This document shows, piece by piece, positions 46,014 through 54,800 of a stretch of DNA of 59,471 bases. Origin of the DNA: an uncultured bacterium (GTDB lineage: Bacteria > Patescibacteriota > Minisyncoccia > Phycocordibacterales > DATDWN01); NCBI GenBank assembly GCA_903870365.1, contig CAIQCQ010000027.1:1-59471 (forward strand), written 5' to 3'. Below the pieces are notes generated by a model. That model did not search any database. It had not been told where the DNA came from and was given only the letters and a program-made list of their open reading frames with translations. Position 1 is the stretch's first letter; each line of letters opens with the position of its first letter. Position numbers and translations under genes: made by a program.

Positions 46014-47276
46014 CTAATTCAATTGCATAAATGCATTGACATAATGCACGGCAATACCTCCAAAGTTTGTATATGACTGAAATGTACTTTGGATGGTGTT
46101 AACTTGAGTAGTAAAATATTTTTTTGATGTGTTATTAAAGGTAATATACGCTGGTTGGACATCTCCAGTTTCTTGAGCAATGATGATTTTTGTATGGAAG
46201 TTACCACTTGATGCTTCGGTCACTTCAGTATGAGATACATCGATACTACCATTTTCCCCAGTGGCAAAGTTTCGATATGCCATGATGATGATCGTACTAC
46301 CAGAGCGCCTCTCGAGCATTGTTAATATATGTGTGTATGTGTAGGCTGTTGTTCCATTATAGGTTACCGGTACGGTTTCTTTAGAGACATCATCATAAAA
46401 ATCAGGGATAACGACACTAAACTGGAGATCACTGCCATTGAAGTGGGTAATAGTCTGATCAATCAAAGAGAGATAATTTCTCAACACACTTTGTTCATCT
46501 GTAACGTATTCCGGCAGGAGATATGGTTCAATATCATACTGAAAGCCACGTAATTTTTCGGTGTGAGTAACATTAAAGTTTTTAATGTAATTGATAATAG
46601 CAAATGGTTTGTAGAGGTTGTCTGGTTGTGCCCAATTTCTCCACCCAGCTTCGGCATCAACTGTTATGTTTTTTTGGTGGGCCAGGGTAATAAAGTGCTC
46701 GAGAGCGGCTGAAAAATCTTTTTCCTTTTTTGTTTTTTCTGGACCATCAGGTAATGTAAATATATCAAGATATGTGTCTACCGATACATATATAGTATGT
46801 ATGCCATTTGATTGCGCTCCAGATAAGACAGATTGTATATAGTCGTCGGTCATATCACGAGGTGATGTCCAAAGCCACGTACCGTATTCTTTTGCTGGAG
46901 AGACTGTTTTGATACCAGTGGATGGTTGATTGTTTGTAGTAGAGGTAACCAGTGCAGCAAGGTTGTCATGTAACATAAACGAGCTGGCCAGATTTTGGTC
47001 TGTCAGGATGGCATTTGGAGTAATATGGGTGTCAGAATATTGAGCAATACGAGTATCTGTTTTATTACGGATGTTTGTATTTGAAGCTGTTACAGAAGTC
47101 GGAGTGGTATATGCATGTATACTGATAAAAATAATGAGTATGGCAAAGAGAGAGACGTATGCTTTTTTGTCCCAAATCGCACGAATAATTTTCGGTGATA
47201 CTTTTTTGTACTGTGTACGAATCGATTTGACTGGAATTTTTCGGGACAGTAATTTCTTTTGTTGTTTAATTGGCAT
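46014..47276 (-). CDS. hypothetical membrane-anchored extracytoplasmic protein (possible TIM-barrel glycosidase-like)
   Basis: 420 aa with an N-terminal TM helix. There is only a weak barrel-like pattern (IYVSVD...EAGW...FQYDIEPY). Confidence 0.45.
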   Translation of the reverse strand: MPIKQQKKLLSRKIPVKSIRTQYKKVSPKIIRAIWDKKAYVSLFAILIIFISIHAYTTPTSVTASNTNIRNKTDTRIAQYSDTHITPNAILTDQNLASSFMLHDNLAALVTSTTNNQPSTGIKTVSPAKEYGTWLWTSPRDMTDDYIQSVLSGAQSNGIHTIYVSVDTYLDIFTLPDGPEKTKKEKDFSAALEHFITLAHQKNITVDAEAGWRNWAQPDNLYKPFAIINYIKNFNVTHTEKLRGFQYDIEPYLLPEYVTDEQSVLRNYLSLIDQTITHFNGSDLQFSVVIPDFYDDVSKETVPVTYNGTTAYTYTHILTMLERRSGSTIIIMAYRNFATGENGSIDVSHTEVTEASSGNFHTKIIIAQETGDVQPAYITFNNTSKKYFTTQVNTIQSTFQSYTNFGGIAVHYVNAFMQLN

Positions 47277-47376
47277 GTGCAGTGAAATATAGGAGAACGT
47301 TGAGATAAGTATATATGTTTTTTCAATTGAATGTTATATACTAGTCCACATATTAGTAGTGAGTACAATAATATAT

Positions 47377-48090
47377 ATGCGTCACATTATTATCAGTTTA
47401 GTTATTATCGGAGTAATTGGATTTGCTGGATATGCACTGTGGGGTCATCAGGTAGACGCCCCCGTACCGTCATTGTTTGGTAATGGAACAGCGACCAGTA
47501 CGCAAGCGACGGACACATCTGTCAACACAGCACAGACAGCGCCACCCGCTACGACCTCAGTTGCAAACGTAAACACCCCCTCACCACTTGCGAGTCAAAA
47601 TAAACAAACAAATAATATAAAAAATCACATGGTTACTATAGACACAAATTACGGAAAGATAGTTTTTGAAACCTACGATACTGATGCTCCAAATACAGTC
47701 ACAAATTTTGTGACGCTTACAGAAAAAGGTTTTTATAATGGGGTGATCTTTCACCGGGTGATCAAAGGTTTTATGATCCAAGGAGGGGATCCAACGGGCA
47801 CAGGCACTGGTGGTCCAGGGTATAAATTTGCTGACGAATTAAATCCAGCGACACCGTCGTATCAGACTGGCTACAAAAAAGGTGTGGTGGCTATGGCCAA
47901 TGCAGGACCAAATACAAATGGTAGTCAGTTCTTTATCATGGCTGCAGATTATCCACTACCAAATAACTATACGATTTTTGGTAAGGTGGTGTCTGGTCAG
48001 GACGTGGTGGATACGATTGATAATGTGCAGACCGGGGCAAATGATAAGCCGGTGACACCAGTTGTGATGAAGTCAGTTGTTGTGAACTAA
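47377..48090 (+). CDS. cyclophilin-type peptidyl-prolyl isomerase, membrane-anchored
   Basis: FHRVIKGFMIQGGDP and MANAGPNTNGSQFFI motifs. N-terminal TM helix. Confidence 0.9.
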   Translation: MRHIIISLVIIGVIGFAGYALWGHQVDAPVPSLFGNGTATSTQATDTSVNTAQTAPPATTSVANVNTPSPLASQNKQTNNIKNHMVTIDTNYGKIVFETYDTDAPNTVTNFVTLTEKGFYNGVIFHRVIKGFMIQGGDPTGTGTGGPGYKFADELNPATPSYQTGYKKGVVAMANAGPNTNGSQFFIMAADYPLPNNYTIFGKVVSGQDVVDTIDNVQTGANDKPVTPVVMKSVVVN

Positions 48091-48262
48091 AAAATTTAGA
48101 ACGTCCGTATGTGGGCAATCTCATTGTCTAAAATTAAAAAATAATTTTCATCGTAGGTCTAACTACGCCTCAAATTATTTTTTAATTTACTCATTATGAA
48201 TATATAATGAATAAGTGTTCCCTTATACGCGACCTTACTCAAATCTGAAAGTTCGTGGTTAG
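48091..48262. repeat. post-stop palindromic element, copy E2
   Basis: Begins right after the PPIase stop codon. Contains gggcaatctcattgtctaaaatt (48113-48135) and tatacgcgaccttactcaaatctgaaagt (48224-48252). Confidence 0.7.
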
Positions 48263-48297
48263 CTTATATGGCTTTAAATAAGGATAGATCGCCAAAC

Positions 48298-48327
48298 TTG
48301 ACATTTTGGTATGAAAGGTGCTATACT
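48298..48327 (+). promoter_or_regulatory. sigma70-type promoter (TTGACA-18-TATACT)
   Basis: TTGACA at 48298-48303 and TATACT at 48322-48327. This implies a leader of about 125 nt before the RRM gene. Confidence 0.65.
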
Positions 48328-48455
48328 TTCACCACTGTAAGTTTCTCGAGGTTTTCTTGGTCAGGCAACTGTCAGGGGAATGGAGAGGTTTAGTCGCCTT
48401 ACAATTTTAAAACTATAGACTAGTAATAGGGACTCGTAAGAGTCTCACACGCACA

Positions 48456-48785
48456 ATGGCAAAGAAATTATATGTTGGGAATATGGCTTACACAACCACA
48501 GATGCATCTCTTAAGGATGCTTTCTCACAGGTTGGTACCGTATCATCAGCTTCAATTATCATGGACCGAATGACAGGCCGATCAAAAGGTTTTGGATTCG
48601 TAGAGTTCAATGATGATGCAGAAGCAGATGCAGCTATCGAAAAGTTCAACGGTTTTGAACTTGATGGTCGTAAATTGACTGTTAACGAAGCACGCCCAAT
48701 GGAACCTCGAGCACCTCGAACAGGTGGTAACGGCGGCGGTTATAGTGATCGCGGTGGTGACCGATCTGGAGGACGCAACTGGTAA
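48456..48785 (+). CDS. RRM-type RNA-binding protein with Gly/Arg-rich tail
   Basis: RNP2 LYVGNM and RNP1 KGFGFVEF. C-terminal GGNGGGYSDRGGDRSGGRNW. Confidence 0.92.
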   Translation: MAKKLYVGNMAYTTTDASLKDAFSQVGTVSSASIIMDRMTGRSKGFGFVEFNDDAEADAAIEKFNGFELDGRKLTVNEARPMEPRAPRTGGNGGGYSDRGGDRSGGRNW

Positions 48786-48908
48786 GCTGGTCCTTTCATC
48801 TTTGGGCAATCTCATCGTCTAAATTCTGAAAATATTCTGCGTCGTACTAAGGTATGTCTCCGAATATTTAAAAATTCTATACGCGACCTTACTCAAATCT
48901 GAAAGTCC
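48786..48908. repeat. post-stop palindromic element, copy E3
   Basis: Begins right after the RRM stop codon. Contains gggcaatctcatcgtctaaatt (48804-48825) and a perfect 29-nt copy of the right box (48878-48906). Confidence 0.75.
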
Positions 48909-48913
48909 TAAAC

Positions 48914-48942
48914 AAAAAACTATCCTCACGGGTAGTTTTTTG
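48914..48942 (+). terminator. rho-independent terminator
   Basis: aaaaaactatcc-tcac-gggtagtttttt. Confidence 0.75.
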
Positions 48943-48974
48943 TTGTCTGAAGATCTCGAATTTTATTCGAGAAA

Positions 48975-49080
48975 TACCCGTCAGCTAGGCTCGCGGGGAT
49001 TGATACGACAGTATCGGCGGAGGCCGATTGTTTTGCGAGTATAAGAGCCCCGGTTCTGCCGCCAAACCTGCCCAGCTAGA
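48975..49080 (+). ncRNA. GC-rich structured intergenic segment, candidate RNA element
   Basis: Local hairpin atcggc-ggag-gccgat, with alternative pairings cggcgg/ctgccgcc and ctcgc/gcgag. It sits inside an otherwise AT-rich spacer. Confidence 0.15.
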
Positions 49081-49331
49081 CTGTGAAGGGTAGAACTGCT
49101 TGTATAGATAAGAATTGTTTGAATTACTCTGTTAGAAAATCACATAGAGCGTGTTGTGTTAGGTGTAAAATCCAATTAATGAGTATGATTTATATAAAGA
49201 ATATTATAATAAAAAAGTTTCCTATATTATACACAGTTTTTTGTTTGTATGTGAAAAATAAAGGTGATATTATTAGCATAGTTTCGATATTTCGAAAAAT
49301 TATTTTTAATTAATATTTTAACAATACATAT

Positions 49332-49505
49332 ATGTTTGGATTAGGAACAAAAGAAATTATCATCATTGCCGCGGTTATTGTTTTGCTTTTTGGTGCAAAA
49401 AAAGTGCCAGAACTTGCAAAGGGTGTTGGTGATGCGATTCGTCATATTCGTAATGGATTTAAAGATGTTGATGAGATGGATCAAACCAAGAAAAGTAGTA
49501 AATAA
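49332..49505 (+). CDS. tatA: Sec-independent translocase subunit TatA/E
   Basis: Hand translation gives 57 aa: MFGLGTKEIIIIAAVIVLLFGAKKVPELAKGVGDAIRHIRNGF.... This is a TM helix, the FG hinge and an amphipathic helix. It is below the ORF-track length cutoff. Confidence 0.8.
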   Translation: MFGLGTKEIIIIAAVIVLLFGAKKVPELAKGVGDAIRHIRNGFKDVDEMDQTKKSSK

Positions 49506-49533
49506 TTGTAGAGATTAGTAAATACACATCGAA

Positions 49534-50373
49534 ATGTTAGCATCAAAACATTCTTTTAGACTACTCTCCAGAGAAAAAAAAATCATAACTCAATCTGATA
49601 CAGAGTTAAAAATCAGAACGAGTCAAAATGAATTGGAGAGTGATAATAAAAAAAGATCATTCCTTAAATTAGCAGGAATTGTTGGTGCTGGAGCGATTGC
49701 TTCAACACTTATTCCTAAAAAAGCTGATGCATTGATTTTTGGAAGTCAGCTGTCTCCAACTTCGTCTGGTATCAAAAATGTTTCCGGTGCAAAAATCAAT
49801 CCCGCAACAGAAGACACGCTGACCTCTATTAAAGCACAGACTGATTTGTTGTCATTTGACTCCGGTTCACAACCCGCAAATCTTAAGGTGAGTATTACTG
49901 CGGGTACTATTGGTGTACAAAATGCAAGTGCAGTGACGATCAACCCTGCAACTGAAGATACATTAGCTCTCATTAAAACACAGACTAATAAGCTGACATT
50001 TGATGGTAGTAATAATCTACTTACATCTGTTGGCGGTACTGGAAATATCGTTGGTATTAAAGATACGACAGGTACCACCATAAATCCTGCGACAGATGAT
50101 AGTTTGGTTTATTTACGTCGTATGGTGAAGTTGATGGAGTCCCAAGCTACAGTTGATGCTAGTAATCGACAAAGAGTGGTTGTTGACGGATTCGGTGCAG
50201 TGGTTACGGGTGTTGGTGCGTCTGGTGTCGGTGTTCCACGCGTGACAGTGGCGAGTGACTCTGCGTTTAGTGCAACCATTACGTCCTTGAACGGTTGGGG
50301 TGACGGTATGTTTCAAGATGTCGCCAGAAATACATATGCAAATGGTATTAGAACTAATATTTCATTTGCGTAA
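49534..50373 (+). CDS. NPATE-repeat protein with KR-type twin-arginine-like signal peptide
   Basis: KKRSFLKLAGIVGAGAIASTLIPKKADA, then three (I/V)NPAT(E/D)(E/D)(T/S)L repeats and a C-terminal LRRMVKLMESQ...RQRVVVDGFG domain. Confidence 0.75.
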   Translation: MLASKHSFRLLSREKKIITQSDTELKIRTSQNELESDNKKRSFLKLAGIVGAGAIASTLIPKKADALIFGSQLSPTSSGIKNVSGAKINPATEDTLTSIKAQTDLLSFDSGSQPANLKVSITAGTIGVQNASAVTINPATEDTLALIKTQTNKLTFDGSNNLLTSVGGTGNIVGIKDTTGTTINPATDDSLVYLRRMVKLMESQATVDASNRQRVVVDGFGAVVTGVGASGVGVPRVTVASDSAFSATITSLNGWGDGMFQDVARNTYANGIRTNISFA

Positions 50374-50401
50374 TCTTAGTGGTTCTTGGTATCATTAGGA
50401 G

Positions 50402-50716
50402 ATGCCACACAGAGCCGTATCTCCATATGCAAAGACTGTGTATAAACACAATGCACAGATCTATAAACTCCTATCGCACCCAAAGCGATTGGAGCTTCTT
50501 AACATACTCGCAATCTGCCCAGCAACACTTACACAACTCACCAAACTTGTAGGTGCTAGTAAGGCAAATATTTCGCAGCACCTGTCGGCACTCAGAAGCC
50601 AAAATCTTGTGATAGTCTCAGACCGTGCCAGTGAAGCAGAGTACAGTATCGTCAACAAAGACATCATTAAGCCATGTAAAGTCTTTAAAGATATTTTTGA
50701 TAGCCATCAACAATAA
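50402..50716 (+). CDS. ArsR/SmtB-family transcriptional regulator
   Basis: LSHPKRLELLNIL...TLTQLTKLVGASKANISQHLSALRSQNLV (winged HTH). Confidence 0.85.
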   Translation: MPHRAVSPYAKTVYKHNAQIYKLLSHPKRLELLNILAICPATLTQLTKLVGASKANISQHLSALRSQNLVIVSDRASEAEYSIVNKDIIKPCKVFKDIFDSHQQ

Positions 50717-50789
50717 TCTCTCGTAGAATTAAACACTTTTTTATTTTGACTAGCATTGAATGAATTAGAAAAGTACTCTTTTCTAGTTC

Positions 50790-50985
50790 TGAGATGCGAC
50801 GTCAAAACAAACAACGTTTGTTTTGCGAATACCCCTCGCGTGAGCATGGGGGATGAAGTAAAAGTTTCCTGAAGCTTTGCTTCAGGATGAATTGGCTTCA
50901 CCAATTCATATCGGGAATACTCCGGGCGTGAGCCCGTGGGTTGTTTATTAAAACAGTCACACTATGTGACTGTTTTAATATTCTT
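50790..50985 (+). ncRNA. candidate structured RNA or long structured 3' UTR
   Basis: Five consecutive hairpins, including a duplicated module GAATAC-YCC..GCGTGAGC..GGG (50833-50857 and 50916-50940). A terminal hairpin aaacagtcaca/tgtgactgttt ends in a T-run. Confidence 0.25.
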
Positions 50986-50986
50986 G

Positions 50987-51004
50987 ATTTCGAATTTTTG
51001 AAAT
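50987..51004. promoter_or_regulatory. 18-nt operator-like repeat ATTTCGAATTTTTGAAAT
   Basis: 16/18 identical to 51108-51125. It contains the internal dyad ATTTC..GAAAT. Confidence 0.45.
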
Positions 51005-51090
51005 GTGTACACTGGTAAATCATTTAGTCCACAAAAATGATCTTTCGTAGGTTATGCACAATTTTTTTGTTGGTTTAATCATTGTGTAGA

Positions 51091-51099
51091 TGATATAAT
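51091..51099 (+). promoter_or_regulatory. extended -10 element (TGaTATAAT)
   Basis: tgatataat, about 90 nt upstream of ATG 51186. Confidence 0.45.
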
Positions 51100-51107
51100 A
51101 TTTTTAT

Positions 51108-51125
51108 ATTTTGAATTTTCGAAAT
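51108..51125. promoter_or_regulatory. 18-nt operator-like repeat ATTTTGAATTTTCGAAAT
   Basis: Second copy, starting 8 nt downstream of the -10 hexamer, which is a repressor-roadblock position. Confidence 0.45.
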
Positions 51126-51185
51126 GCGTAAATTGAGAAATTACTTATCCACTTTTCATTTAAATAGGTTTTATTTCGAATAAAA

Positions 51186-51812
51186 ATGAATTTGTTCAAT
51201 CAAATAAAAAATATTGTAGGTCAAAAAGTTAATCCAGCAACCGAGGAGACCCTTTCTGCTATAAAATCTCAGACAAATTTGTTGACTTTTAATAGAGGTA
51301 GTGTGGATATTAAAATTGCTACAAAAAATATAAAGTTACAAAATGTTGCACATGCAAATATTAATCCCGCAACAGAAGACACGCTGTCTTCGGTAAAAAT
51401 TCAGACAAATAAGTTACGTTTTGATAGTCAATCAAATATACAAACAACAGGATTTGCACCAACATTGTCGACAGTAGTCAATGTAAAAGATCAAACATTA
51501 AATACTATCAATCCTGGTTCTGATGAAAAAACTATTTTATTGCGTCGCATGGTGAAACTCATGGAGTCACAACAGACAGCTGACGCAAATAATAATCAAA
51601 AAATGCTTGTTGATGGTTTTGGTAATGTCGTAACAGGTTTGGGACTTTCGGGGGATACTATTCCTTTGGTAACTATGGCAAATGATTATCCAACAGCTAT
51701 CACGGGAGTTAACGCATCTTCTAACTATTTAGGTTGGAACAGTCAAATCTTTAAAGATACTGCACGTGATGCGTATGCAAAAAATATTAGGAAGAATTTA
51801 GTTTTTTCATAA
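51186..51812 (+). CDS. NPATE-repeat protein, signal-less paralog of 49534-50373
   Basis: Same architecture of three repeats plus the LLRRMVKLMESQ...QKMLVDGFG domain. A 24-nt stretch is identical between the two genes (49798-49821 = 51363-51386). Confidence 0.75.
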   Translation: MNLFNQIKNIVGQKVNPATEETLSAIKSQTNLLTFNRGSVDIKIATKNIKLQNVAHANINPATEDTLSSVKIQTNKLRFDSQSNIQTTGFAPTLSTVVNVKDQTLNTINPGSDEKTILLRRMVKLMESQQTADANNNQKMLVDGFGNVVTGLGLSGDTIPLVTMANDYPTAITGVNASSNYLGWNSQIFKDTARDAYAKNIRKNLVFS

Positions 51813-51842
51813 AAATTTTTTAAAAAATAATAATAGTATAGT

Positions 51843-54800
51843 ATGTCTCTCACTAATAATTTAAAAAAACAAATAGATACACCGGTATGGGAATGGACCC
51901 GTCTTGCCCCTGCAGTATCTTCTGCAGTCAGTTCTACATGTACGGCTGATAATTCTACGTACCACGTCACTTTTGGTAGGTATGTTTATTACATGCAAGC
52001 TGCCGCTACTTTGGCCACCACCACGGCCCTGACTGGTTTTTTTAGATATGATACTATTTCTGATTCGTACCAGTTGTTGTCACAACCGCCTGGCGCATTG
52101 TTGACCTTTTCAGGAATGCAATTTGCTGGCGGGCAGGGGTACAACGGCATGGTTCTTGCATCTACCAGTAATACTATCACTACGGCAGCTTTGACAGGAC
52201 AGACTTTGAAAGGTTTTGATATTCGAATTATTGGAGGAACGGGGATTGGTCAACAGAGAATCATTACAGGAATATCGGACCTTGTCATTGCTGATAATGG
52301 GACATTGAGTGCGGTACCAGTTTCTCCTCAAAACTTTGTAACTGATATCAACAAAAACTGGACTATAAATCAATGGGTAGGATATCAAGTAAGATTTGTA
52401 TCAGCTGCTGGACAGTCGCAGATTAGAAAGATTATGTATAACACGTCAAACACGTTGTATTTTGCTGACGTGTCAAAATTTGCAGAAGATCAGCAGCCAT
52501 GGTGTCCGATTACAACAATCGCTGGTTCTGCGCAGGTGATTGTGGCCATAGGTTCTCTTTATCAAATTGAATCGTCTAGTATTACTGTTGATTCAAACTG
52601 GTCTGTGCAACCAGATGCAACTAGTCGTTTTGTGGTTCGTTCAGGTGCTATTTGGTTACTCACTTCTGGTGTAAACTATGTTTTACAATATTATGATATA
52701 GCTGCAGATACATGGTATATCAGAAATGGAGGTTCAGCATCTTCACCAGTTCTTGGGTTGGGTACTGATGCAACAATTGTTAATACTGGAGAAAATGCGA
52801 CTGTATGGGATCGTGGTATTGCTCTCGGGGCTTCAAATGACACCACTCACCTCCAAGATACAACAAAAAGTTGGACAGTCAATCAATATGCAGGATATTA
52901 TGTCAGAATATTTTCAGGAACAGGTGAAAATCAATTAAAACAAATTATTTCAAATACATCGAATACGTTGGCGTGGACTGGTGCAGCAACAGCTCCTGAT
53001 ACAACATCCAGATATTTTATTGAAGCATTTGACGCTGGTACACTGACTTCTGTCGGGGCAGTGACACAAACAGGAGCTTCTACTGGAACAATAAATGGTA
53101 ATGTGTTTACTGCTGGTTCGACAACAGGAGCATATTATCCTGGTCAGATTTTGACAGGGACAGGCGTACAAGCATCACAAACACTTCTATCTCCATCGTT
53201 GGCATGTTATACGACAGGTAACAGTACGACCGTAAACTTTGCAACAGGTAACCCATCGACTATGGGTATTACTGCGGGTATGGTGGTGACAGTATTTGCT
53301 GTTGGTGGTGGTGGTGTTATTACTGTTGGTACAACCGTCTCATCTGTCACCTCGAGTACTGTAGTGTTGTCTGCAACAACAACAACAGCCTTAAACGGAT
53401 CTACCTTGCAGTTTTCATCTGTAGCTATTCTTGCCGCTTGTACCACAAACACTTTTTTGAGTGTATATGTGACATGTACATCAACGACAGGTCTCTATAC
53501 TGGTGCATATCTGACAATTTTGAGTGGTTCTGGTACACTCGCTTCCAACAGTTATGTGGCCAGTGTTGTTGATAGTACCCACTTTACACTTTCTGCTCCA
53601 CCAACCGTGGCACTTTCTGCTGCGGTGCTTCAAGCACAACCATATCAGACAGTTATTACCGGTCAGTTATCTGGAATACTTGGTGGAGCAGGTACATATA
53701 CAGTGTGGCCCTCGCAGTTAGTTGCTTCAACAACTATTACAGGAACAGGTATTGGTACGGTGACAGATAGTTCAAAGTCCTGGCTACCTGATCGATGGAA
53801 TAATTCCGTTGTTCATATACGCTCAGGTACTGGAGTGGGACAAGTAAGACAAATTACGCGTACTGTTCCTGGTGCTGTTGTATACACCTCAGCTTCTGGT
53901 GCAACAAGTTCTGGAAAGGTGGTAACAGTGACTAGTACCACTAGTTTGACTGTTGGTATGGCTCTTAATATTACCGCAGGTACGGGAGCATTTACTCCAA
54001 ATTCTTATGTTGTAGCAGTAAATAGTAGTACAACATTTACTGTATCAGATTTTCCTAGTGTCGCACTCTCTGGTGGTTCAACTGTGGTGACAGGTGCACC
54101 ATACAACACATTATGTGTTACACCAGCATGGACAACACAACCAAGTACAGATTCTATTTACGGTATACATGGAGATACTGATAAAAATTATTTTAGTTTG
54201 GCCACGAACAATGCTGCGACATATATCCATAATATAGACTCAGACAGTGTCACAACTGGACGTATGCTTGATTGGGGTGCAGCTCGTGGTATTTCTGCAC
54301 AATATTCAGATTATCTACCCGTGGCGGTGTCTTCAAGTGTCCCAGTATTACCCATTACCAGTGCCATTGGCTTTATTATTGGTACTGGTGTTGCCACAAC
54401 AGCTACTTCAAACACATCTAACATTGCCACTATAACCTACACTACTGCAGCTTCAGCAAGTATTTTTCCTATAGGTTCATGGATTACAGTGGCGGGTGTG
54501 ACACCAACTGCGTATAACGGAACCTGGCAGGTATCTGCCAATGGTGTTGGTACAGTTTCTTTTTATAGTACGACTGCGACTGGGGCACAAACAATTGCTG
54601 GTACGATTGCTCAATCGAACTCAGTTACGTTAGGTGGAACCTTAGCAAATGGCGCATTTTCTTCATTGGGTGCAGGTACGACAGTGACTATTTCTGGAGC
54701 AGTACCAGTGGCATATAACGGTACGGTCACTGTTTCGTGCGGAGCACTTGGTACAACAGGACAATCCTATGGAGGATACCAGTCGGCTGCTGGTGCCACA

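Noticed and set aside
49083-49313. 76-aa ORF in the spacer upstream of tatA.
   Set aside because: It has a GTG start and extreme AT-rich Ile/Lys/Cys composition, and it spans the operator-like TTTCGA repeats. It is more likely promoter or regulatory DNA.
50790-50985. Could the structured segments at 50790-50985, 23239-23427 or 34391-34541 be tmRNA, RNase P RNA or 6S RNA?
   Set aside because: Signature sequences are absent. There is no GAGGAAAGUCC-type RNase P core, no tRNA-Ala-like acceptor with a T-arm and CCA for tmRNA, and no long end-to-end 6S helix. Sizes are also too small for RNase P.
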